Source: a virus (Duplodnaviria; Caudoviricetes). Taken from it: a stretch of DNA of 64,000 nucleotides. The translations under genes were made by a program, and so were the position numbers. Positions 56,659 through 64,000 of the stretch are shown here, one piece after another. The DNA lies in IMG/VR virus record IMGVR_UViG_3300021959_000031, positions 1,565-65,564 of that record, one strand, 5' to 3'. Under the pieces are notes generated by a model, which had not been told where the DNA came from, searched no databases, and saw only the letters and a program-made list of their open reading frames with translations. The first letter of the stretch is position 1. Each line of letters opens with the position of its first letter.

Positions 56659-59600
56659 ATGGCGTGGAAAAAAATAAACGATCTTAACTGGCAATACGAC
56701 AATGATCCTCCTAATCCTGGTGGCGCACTTACTACATTGTGGGAAACAGGTACTTCTGGAATAAGAACAAACCAATCTGGTGATGAACTTTATACAAACT
56801 GTAGAATTGTTGGTTCAAATATGGATTCAGTTCCTAGCGAATTAAACAAAACATATTGGGATGGTAAATCTTTAAAGTTGTATAATGAAGTTCTTGAACT
56901 AGATCCTATTGTTTCTAGTCAAGCGCCAGCATCAACGCGACCAGTCCAACAAGGGCAGGTTTGTGAGTTTGACGGGGTGGATGATTATGTCGAACTACCC
57001 GCACAGGTGCTATCTCTCAACCAAGCATGGAGCATCGAGGTTGATTTTAAATATCTTGCAACTCCGACATATCGCACTCTCTATGGTGAGGGTAACAGCG
57101 CAACGGGGACACCTCATATCAACCTCGGGATATCAGGAACACACTCCAGACTTTATTTTTATTGGAGGTCGGACAATAACACCATAATAATAAACGAAGC
57201 CCTTTTTCCCGTCTATAGCGGCAACAGGCACACTGTAAAGGTTGCTTTCGACGGGGTGGACGAAGTAACATTCTGGAAAGACGGAGTGAACACTGACACC
57301 TTTACCGTCACACCGTTAGCGACCACCGTTGACCGTACCACAATCGGAGCTTTGGGTAGAAATAACGAGGTCAGCTTCGCCAATGCTCAGATATCCCACG
57401 TTAAAACAACTCAAAGCGGATCAACTGTTGCACAATACAACCTCAACCACGCCAGCGGCACGACCGCCTACGACTCCAGCGGTAACGGCAATGACGGCAC
57501 GCTTCAAAACGGAGCGGCGTTTGTGGTGGATAACACGTTGCCACCAGAGGCAGATAAGCTTAATCTGGAGGGGTATGGAGCATCAAACATTATAACAAAA
57601 ACAGGTTCAACAGCATGGACAGACGGTCCTTATTCAGTGGAAAGCTCAACAGGTGACTTTATAATGTCAACCCGATCTGTAAGCACGGGTTCAAATAACA
57701 AGTTTATGTTTGGTTGCAACTCAGACCCCACAACAAGCGGCGGGTTTGCTACTCTTGATTACGCTATATATTTAACAGGTTCAGCTGTTCAAGTGTGGGA
57801 GGCGGGGACATCGAGAGGGGCGTTCGGTAATCATACATTCGGTGATTTATTTGAGATTAGGCGCGCAGGATCTACGGTTTCATACTGGAAAAATGGGGTT
57901 CTGTTTTACACATCATCCACAACGACATCGGCAGAGATGTGGATTGATACAGCGGGAAACAACAATGGTTCAATGCTGGGTCATTTGGCTATTAATGGTG
58001 CATATGTGAATCTTGTTGGTGCAACAGGGTATGATGTGGAAAACGCCTACATCCCACGCGACGAAAGCGACCCGACGAATGACATTTTCGGCAACCCGCT
58101 ACAATACAGCGGAAGCGTCTACCCGCGCCGCCCAGAGTATCGCAACAGCTACGCGGCGAGCTTTGATGGATCAAATGATCGGTTAGAATGCTCAACTAAC
58201 GCACTGGTGAGGAGAGGGAATGTGGTAGAATTTAAAGTGAAGGTTGATTACCAAGCCAACCAAACAACTAGCATCATTGCTAGTAATCACAGTAGTAATT
58301 CTAGCACTTGTTTCTCGCCACACATGCGTCTTGTTCACAACAGCAACCAAATAATATTCTACGGTTGTCGAGGAGCGCCCTACCCTTATTGGAGTATTGA
58401 TTCATCATTTTACGGTGTGTGGCACACAATAAAGCTTCGTATGCACAACACCAACGGAACGTTTATTTATCTATCAATTGACGGCGGCGATGAAGTTCGT
58501 ATAGACGCTGGTATAACAACAAGTCCAGGCGATTGGGGTGGAACTAGAGACACATATTGGGCATTTGGAACTGGCAAAAACATGGAGCTTTCAGATGTTA
58601 AGATATTTACAACCGAATCTGATTATAACTCAAACAACCCCATTATACACCACCCACTCACAGAGGGTGCAGGAGACACCGTTTACGATGTTTCTGGAAA
58701 CGGCAACCACGGAACGATAAACGACGCATCCACAGCCACCGAGGGTGCGGGCTTTTGGGCTGGCAGGATAGACGGCGAGGCGAACGCGCTGAATAATAAC
58801 AACGGGTTCAGCAAGCGGATGTTTTTTGATGGTGTTGATGATGAAGTTGAACTGAATGTATCACCAAACGAGCTTGTGGAAACTGGTGTTTTTGACATGT
58901 CCGTTGAAATAGTTTGGGACTCATCAAAGATTGCTTCTTATGGGAGGTTTTTATGGTTTATGACGGCTGGGGGATTTTTTAGGCTACAACGTGATAGTAA
59001 TACCAGCACTTTTAGGTTATGGGCTAGACAGGGTGCTGGTTTGGACATTATCCCAAAAACAGGTTTTGTAATATCAGCAGATACAAATCACGTCATAAGG
59101 CTTGTTGGCAATGGTGTTAACTGCATGATTTATCTTGATGGCAGTCTAATTAATACAGTGACAATGAACACCGCCAATTTCTACACACCTACATGGAGCA
59201 AGGTTTCTTTGGGGGAGGCGTCCTCCTCACAATTTAAAGGCACAATATACAATTGGTCTTTAATTACAGCGTCAATCACACAACAGCTTAACGGCTACGG
59301 CAACACAGATGCAGATTGGACTGATCAAAGCGGGAACGGTAATGACGGCACGGTCAACGGATCACCCGCATTGCTCCGCATACCCGCCGATACATCAGAG
59401 CCAACGAAAGATGTATTTGGCGATACTCTCACAAACCCAGCCATTACAGACGGCTACAACGGTGCGGAGACTGAGCTTGACGCATACAATATCGCAGAGG
59501 GGAACAACCCATCGCCAGCAACAAGTGGTCATTCGGCATTAGATGCAATCGAATCTGGTACAGAATTTACATCAGACGATTCAGTCTATAACAGAATAAC

Positions 59601-59694
59601 ATCAGCAGCTGAAGACGACAGGCTTATTACCTTTACAGAGGATTTAACAGGTGATGATAAAACGCTCGCAGAAAAATACACACAAAACCCGTAA
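56659..59694 (+). CDS. large virion protein with repeated LamG/concanavalin-A-like lectin modules (putative fibre/receptor-binding)
   Basis: TATAAATA at 56644-56651; three FDG.(D/N)D...D.SGNGN.GT modules. Confidence 0.75.
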   Translation: MAWKKINDLNWQYDNDPPNPGGALTTLWETGTSGIRTNQSGDELYTNCRIVGSNMDSVPSELNKTYWDGKSLKLYNEVLELDPIVSSQAPASTRPVQQGQVCEFDGVDDYVELPAQVLSLNQAWSIEVDFKYLATPTYRTLYGEGNSATGTPHINLGISGTHSRLYFYWRSDNNTIIINEALFPVYSGNRHTVKVAFDGVDEVTFWKDGVNTDTFTVTPLATTVDRTTIGALGRNNEVSFANAQISHVKTTQSGSTVAQYNLNHASGTTAYDSSGNGNDGTLQNGAAFVVDNTLPPEADKLNLEGYGASNIITKTGSTAWTDGPYSVESSTGDFIMSTRSVSTGSNNKFMFGCNSDPTTSGGFATLDYAIYLTGSAVQVWEAGTSRGAFGNHTFGDLFEIRRAGSTVSYWKNGVLFYTSSTTTSAEMWIDTAGNNNGSMLGHLAINGAYVNLVGATGYDVENAYIPRDESDPTNDIFGNPLQYSGSVYPRRPEYRNSYAASFDGSNDRLECSTNALVRRGNVVEFKVKVDYQANQTTSIIASNHSSNSSTCFSPHMRLVHNSNQIIFYGCRGAPYPYWSIDSSFYGVWHTIKLRMHNTNGTFIYLSIDGGDEVRIDAGITTSPGDWGGTRDTYWAFGTGKNMELSDVKIFTTESDYNSNNPIIHHPLTEGAGDTVYDVSGNGNHGTINDASTATEGAGFWAGRIDGEANALNNNNGFSKRMFFDGVDDEVELNVSPNELVETGVFDMSVEIVWDSSKIASYGRFLWFMTAGGFFRLQRDSNTSTFRLWARQGAGLDIIPKTGFVISADTNHVIRLVGNGVNCMIYLDGSLINTVTMNTANFYTPTWSKVSLGEASSSQFKGTIYNWSLITASITQQLNGYGNTDADWTDQSGNGNDGTVNGSPALLRIPADTSEPTKDVFGDTLTNPAITDGYNGAETELDAYNIAEGNNPSPATSGHSALDAIESGTEFTSDDSVYNRITSAAEDDRLITFTEDLTGDDKTLAEKYTQNP

Positions 59695-59703
59695 ATAAAA
59701 AAA

Positions 59704-60174
59704 ATGATTAAAGCAACTATACCAATGTCAGTTCTTCAAACTGATACACAAATTCAACCTCTTGCATTATATTCAATAATGGCAGGAGTTCATCCAGAGC
59801 GTAACAGAGAAAACGTTACTTATAATATCGAAAATGAATTCTTTACACTTGACTATGCTAAACTCGTTGTTTCTAAAGGTGGTGAAGTTCAAAACTTTCC
59901 CCTGTTTATTGAAATCGATGCAGAATCAGATGAAGTTGATTCTGGTTTAATAGGTTCAACTATTACAGATGAAGAGGAAGTTGTGACAAGCAACACCTGG
60001 TCTACATGGATGTTACCTAATCACAGTGTCTTAGAACGTGCTGGAAGACTGTTTGTTGGAACGAATGCTCACACTGGTTCAGACCTGCCATTCTCAGAAC
60101 TATTGAGTATAAGTGATAAGCTCATCTTACCTTCAGATCTTCCAGAAGAAGAAGAAGTCGTCGAATCAGAGTAA
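59704..60174 (+). CDS. hypothetical protein, probable partner of the lectin-domain protein
   Basis: 156-aa ORF 9 nt downstream. Confidence 0.7.
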   Translation: MIKATIPMSVLQTDTQIQPLALYSIMAGVHPERNRENVTYNIENEFFTLDYAKLVVSKGGEVQNFPLFIEIDAESDEVDSGLIGSTITDEEEVVTSNTWSTWMLPNHSVLERAGRLFVGTNAHTGSDLPFSELLSISDKLILPSDLPEEEEVVESE

Positions 60175-60515
60175 TATTACGAATTGTATATCTTTTTAAG
60201 ATACGCTTCGAATTCTTCAACCTTTTGTTTACGATCAAGCCAAAGGATATACTCCTTTGAAAGAAACAAGATTGCTGGTTTTTAACCATAGATCACATGT
60301 GATTAGTGGATTGACCTAAGAGAGGTGTGAATTTATTTTTATGCACTATGAGGAATTAAAAAGAAAGTGAAAAAGAAAAATTATTAAAAAGCACGAATAT
60401 GTTTTTAATAATGGTTTCATAATAGATGCAATCAACATTCTTCTTCTTTATTTTCTATTAAAAATAATAAATGTTTTATCTTTACATTTATTTCCATCAA
60501 CGATATAAAAAGTGT

Positions 60516-61442
60516 ATGAAATTAGGATTAGTATGTATTAGCGAGATGTTGAAGCTTGAAGAGAAAGTTCATAGCAAAACTATGACCAGAAAGAAGTTCC
60601 TCTCTGAAGAAAAAACATCAAGCCTAGTTGATTTGTCTAATAGAATTCTGGATAACACCCGTGTTCTAAAGAAAACGATTGAAATGTGTAGCAGAAATGG
60701 AATATCACATTTACGTGTTAGTAGTAGTATGTTTCCTTTAGTCACTGATGAAACACTTGGATTGGAGTATAGTGATCTTCCAGACATGACCAGCATTATC
60801 CAAGAGTTGAACTCTTGTGGAGAACTTGCAAGAAACCTCAATATCTCTTTGAGTTGTCACCCCAGTCAATTCAATGTTCTTAGTAGCTTAAACCCAGATG
60901 TAGTCAGAAGAACAATACGAGAGTTAAACCACGAAAGTCAGGTTATGGATTGGCTTGGGTGTGATTCTGATTATAGTTCACCAATGTGTTTACATCTTAG
61001 TAGATCACCCAAAAGCGAAACTGATGAAGAGTATCGTGATCTATTCTGTGAAGCATTCTCTAAGTGTAGTCAAGGTGTTAAGAATCGTTTAGTTTTGGAG
61101 AATGAAGATAAAGGTTATTGGAGTTGTGAAAACTTATATAATGTTTTCAAAGGTGTAGCTCCATTCGTTTATGACAACCTCCATGATCAGTGTAATCCCT
61201 CCAGCTTAAATTGTTCTGAGCATTGGGCAAGTCTGTTCAAAGAAACCTGGGGAAACCATACACCCGTTTTTCATTGGAGCGAAGGTATCGATGGAACTAG
61301 AAAACATACAGATTATTTCACACATATTCCAAATGTCGTAGAATCTAACGATGATGTTACTTGGGAGTGTGAAGTAAAAGCAAAGGATTTAGCTATATGC
61401 AAAGTTCTGAATCAAGTTGATTGTGGGTTACTCACTGTATAA
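60516..61442 (+). CDS. uvsE: UV-damage endonuclease
   Basis: LGLVCIS, RVSS.MFP, SCHP.QF.VL.S, RLVLENED, YDNLH, HWSE, E.EVKAKD.AI; TTTACA-17-TATAAA at 60481-60509. Confidence 0.9.
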   Translation: MKLGLVCISEMLKLEEKVHSKTMTRKKFLSEEKTSSLVDLSNRILDNTRVLKKTIEMCSRNGISHLRVSSSMFPLVTDETLGLEYSDLPDMTSIIQELNSCGELARNLNISLSCHPSQFNVLSSLNPDVVRRTIRELNHESQVMDWLGCDSDYSSPMCLHLSRSPKSETDEEYRDLFCEAFSKCSQGVKNRLVLENEDKGYWSCENLYNVFKGVAPFVYDNLHDQCNPSSLNCSEHWASLFKETWGNHTPVFHWSEGIDGTRKHTDYFTHIPNVVESNDDVTWECEVKAKDLAICKVLNQVDCGLLTV

Positions 61443-61572
61443 AGAATCATGTCATTAAGAGAACTGGTTAACAAGTTGTCTGGTGGAATAAACTCATAAA
61501 AAAAATCATTTTGTAGTTTACATCTCAAAATATTTGTGATATATTATAATCACAATCGAGAGAAACTATATT

Positions 61573-61770
61573 ATGGAACAAGCCAAAATCATTCTTAGTA
61601 ATTCGGATAAGTCTTATGCTCTTAGTCATGACTTAAGTGACAGTGATATGGTAGGGTTTATAAACGATATGAATGAAGAAGCTATAAGGCTTGAGATTCA
61701 GAGAGATAGTTCTGTGAGAATGAATGAACACTTGATGACCCCACAGGGTAGTGTTTATGATGCTTGGTAA
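61573..61770 (+). CDS. early hypothetical protein
   Basis: Behind TTTACA-17-TATATT (61517-61545) and CACAATCGAGAGAAACTATATT leader. Confidence 0.7.
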   Translation: MEQAKIILSNSDKSYALSHDLSDSDMVGFINDMNEEAIRLEIQRDSSVRMNEHLMTPQGSVYDAW

Positions 61771-61791
61771 AACAACCCAAAATAATAAATT

Positions 61792-61965
61792 ATGTATACA
61801 GTAGAAGTTAAAGACATGGAGAATAACAATGAATGGAGACAGGTAAAAAGTGGAAAGTCTTATGATGATGTTCTCAGTACAGTTAACCTTTTTGCAGTTG
61901 GTTTTGGTGGATTAGATTCTGTCAGGGTCAAAAAAGATGGAGTTGTTATTTCTGGGCCCAAATAA
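61792..61965 (+). CDS. 57-aa hypothetical protein (not in ORF track)
   Basis: MYTVEVKDMENNNEWRQV... Confidence 0.55.
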   Translation: MYTVEVKDMENNNEWRQVKSGKSYDDVLSTVNLFAVGFGGLDSVRVKKDGVVISGPK

Positions 61966-61972
61966 TAATGAT

Positions 61973-62057
61973 GCTCCTGTGCGCCGAGTGGTCGAAGGCG
62001 CTCCGCTCATAACGGAGGACGTAAGATACAACACTGGTTCGAATCCAGTCGGGAGTA
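61973..62057 (+). tRNA. tRNA with CAU anticodon and long variable arm (probably Ile2; Met not excluded), no encoded CCA
   Basis: Acceptor GCTCCTG/CGGGAGT, D-arm GCC..GGC, anticodon arm CTCCG-CTCATAA-CGGAG, 15-nt variable region, T-arm ACTGG-TTCGAAT-CCAGT, discriminator A then CTT. Confidence 0.88.
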
Positions 62058-62123
62058 CTTTATTATTACAACTCATCTAAAAATAGAGATATTATATATA
62101 AATTAGTAACTACAATACAAACT

Positions 62124-62312
62124 ATGATAGAAGCAATATTATCTGCAATCGTATTGATTCTTTTGTTCTGCTTCTTTTTTTTTCTTTACTTGGAGGATAT
62201 TTACAATGTAGGTTTCAGAAAAGAAGATGATCGGAGACTTTTGGAATCTTTAGTTCTAACTATAGTAATTGTTTTTGCAATTGGCATTTCATATTTCATA
62301 TTCATTTACTGA
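62124..62312 (+). CDS. small two-helix membrane protein
   Basis: Two hydrophobic segments. Confidence 0.55.
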   Translation: MIEAILSAIVLILLFCFFFFLYLEDIYNVGFRKEDDRRLLESLVLTIVIVFAIGISYFIFIY

Positions 62313-62497
62313 TGTTAGCACAAATAGAAAAATACCTAGACGATAAAATCCATCAAGAGGTTATGGATGCAGCTATAGTAGTCGATAAAACACCTACTAT
62401 TTTCTTCCTTAAAGCTGGTGCTATTTTTGCTGTAACAATCTTACTAGCATTTCTAATGAGAAAGTGGAAGATTAGTAGAATGAAAAATAAAAACTAG
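62312..62497 (+). CDS. small membrane protein
   Basis: One hydrophobic segment with basic tail; TGATG overlap. Confidence 0.55.
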   Translation: MLAQIEKYLDDKIHQEVMDAAIVVDKTPTIFFLKAGAIFAVTILLAFLMRKWKISRMKNKN

Positions 62498-62586
62498 AAT
62501 GGAACTTAACACTGTATATCAAATCCTTTTGGTTTTTTGCTTCCTTGGAACTGTAATATACTCTTTAAGAGTTTAGGTTAAAGGTG

Positions 62587-63411
62587 TTATGCAGGATCAT
62601 CTACTAGAACAATATCGAATGTTCCTCCTACACTAACCTGACCACTCCCCAGGTTTTTACCACGAAGTTCGATGTCGGTCTTTTCTGGAAACTCAAGCGG
62701 TACGGGGAATTGAACAACAACACTGTTTCTAAAAACTTCAACAAGCTGCTTGACAGTGAAAACAGAATCAGGTTCATTGCTACGAGTGAACAAACCCACC
62801 ATTGCAGCTTTATTATCTTTTGTTGATGTTGCTTGCATACGAATCAGATATGCTTTCTTTCCAGCAGGAACTGTGAATGTTGCTTGTAATGTTTGGTTAT
62901 CGTATGTAGGATCTAAAACAGCAAGATCTAGGCCTCCAACTGTTGCTGTTATTACACCCTCTGCTGATGAACTAGAACCAGCTGTTTCAACTCTCATTCG
63001 AAAAAGTCGAATAAAAGAACCATTCGATACAGCGGGGTTAATTCCATCCAAGGCGATTGTTTCTGTGATAGTATCGTAGTTAGCATCTAAACCCTCAAGA
63101 TTCACTGTTCTTGCACCCGATCCAGTCTCACTATCATTGCTACTATCAGATACAACACTAACAGGACCAGCATTTGTTGGATAAGTGAAGTTTTCTGAAC
63201 CCACGTAAATTGGCTCGAAAGAAGTTCCAACAGTATCATTGAAACCAAACTTATTAACGTGCTTGTAACCCTCTATTTTTCCAGCCGCTATTGGAATATT
63301 TAAATTAGAACTACCCTGAATACTACCATCCTTATCAGCAACCATAACAACCTCATACAAAGAGTCGTTATCGCCTCTAAGTTTTTTCTTGATGTTGTTC
63401 CATATAGCCAT
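62587..63411 (-). CDS. late, probably virion structural protein
   Basis: LYEVVMVAD, IAAG...G...VNKFGFN, GARTV..EGLD.NY, F.RLFRM; TATAAGTA late-promoter variant 5 nt upstream (63417-63424). Confidence 0.78.
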   Translation of the reverse strand: MAIWNNIKKKLRGDNDSLYEVVMVADKDGSIQGSSNLNIPIAAGKIEGYKHVNKFGFNDTVGTSFEPIYVGSENFTYPTNAGPVSVVSDSSNDSETGSGARTVNLEGLDANYDTITETIALDGINPAVSNGSFIRLFRMRVETAGSSSSAEGVITATVGGLDLAVLDPTYDNQTLQATFTVPAGKKAYLIRMQATSTKDNKAAMVGLFTRSNEPDSVFTVKQLVEVFRNSVVVQFPVPLEFPEKTDIELRGKNLGSGQVSVGGTFDIVLVDDPA

Positions 63412-63479
63412 AGAGTTACTTATATAAAACAGTAACCCTATTAGTGATAGTGTGAGCGTGAAATAAAGCAATTTTTCTC

Positions 63480-63538
63480 TTTACATTTTTCCGCTTTAGT
63501 GTTAGGTTGTGACCACAATCGAGAGAGATTATATCATG
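63480..63538 (+). promoter_or_regulatory. early promoter-leader cassette
   Basis: TTTACA-17-TAGGTT-GTGACCACAATCGAGAGAGATTATATC-ATG. Confidence 0.8.
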
Positions 63539-63718
63539 AAAACAGTAAAAGAACTAAAACTAGAAGTTGGCGACAAAACAAATTATGGAGTAGTTGTTTC
63601 GGTCGAAAGTGAGTATATTGAAGTTAAAGCAAAATATACCCCTAAAACAAAACTAACTCCATCATCAAGAAAGATCGGAAAAAACGTGAGGATTTTTGAC
63701 ACTATTGTGAAAGTCTAA
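63536..63718 (+). CDS. 60-aa early protein paralogous to a domain inside gp22
   Basis: LEVGDKTNYGVVV...KAKYTPKTK vs gp22 LKVGDVTNFGAVV...KAKDTPETK. Confidence 0.8.
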   Translation: MKTVKELKLEVGDKTNYGVVVSVESEYIEVKAKYTPKTKLTPSSRKIGKNVRIFDTIVKV

Positions 63719-63747
63719 TTATCTCACAAGAAGCGAAAACTAATATT

Positions 63748-64000
63748 ATGGCTACTAAAACAATATTTGTTCTGAAGGATAACGGGAACAATTACAGCGA
63801 CGAGTCTGTGATTGAAATTCACGAAAGCAAAGAGAACGCCGAAGCGTCACGCGACGAACACGCAAAGAACCATCCGAGCTACCAGTTCTGGGTGGAAGAG
63901 GATCTTCTTTTTTTAGCAACCCCAGAGGTGACTCACAGAGTCTCGACTGGTGATGATGCTGCGGATGGTGCAATGAAAGGCATTAAAGCTAAAGAAAGAT
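63748..64000 (+). CDS. 3'-partial hypothetical protein
   Basis: MATKTIFVLKDNGNNYSDESVIEIH...; open to the window end. Confidence 0.55.
   Translation, partial: MATKTIFVLKDNGNNYSDESVIEIHESKENAEASRDEHAKNHPSYQFWVEEDLLFLATPEVTHRVSTGDDAADGAMKGIKAKER

Noticed and set aside
60175-60470. Long AT-rich non-coding gap with an ATTATTAAAAA/TTTTTAATAAT inverted repeat as ncRNA or origin
   Set aside because: The repeat is A/T only and expected by chance; no iterons or stable structure seen
1-64000. Host assignment and stop-codon recoding
   Set aside because: Promoter style and SD scarcity do not identify a host; core genes are intact under the standard code and TAA, TAG and TGA all end genes

Overview
This window is part of a large, AT-rich T4-like (Tevenvirinae/marine T4-like) myophage genome, almost entirely encoded on the + strand. 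It holds the neck, terminase, tail and head cluster (gp13-gp23, gp3), then recombination/replication genes (uvsY, uvsW, gp55, gp47, gp46, CobT/CobS-like pair, gp45, dsbA, gp44, gp62, regA, hsp20, gp43, uvsX, gp41). It also carries nrdB/nrdA, thyX, uvsE, a TET-associated-type glycosyltransferase module, a lectin-domain virion protein, one tRNA(CAU) and accessory islands of small early genes behind a repeated promoter-leader cassette. The most striking observation is in the prohead-core genes between portal (gp20) and capsid (gp23), which look like cargo polyproteins. A complete class II tRNA nucleotidyltransferase (CCA-adding-like) is fused to a gp67-like helix and several small domains, with gp21-type (L/I/M)-x-E sites at the junctions. 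One domain inserted in the gp22 scaffold is a clear paralogue (20/40 aa identical, no gaps) of a stand-alone early gene at 63536. This suggests (inference) that effectors, including a tRNA-repair enzyme, are packaged in the head, released by the prohead protease and delivered with the DNA. Other notable items: a 7-gene array of 23-aa-repeat proteins with shared junction sequences, a long-arm tRNA(CAU) lacking an encoded CCA, a ROSE-like thermometer before hsp20, and widespread near-leaderless promoters. All gene calls come from motif recognition and synteny; no database search was run.
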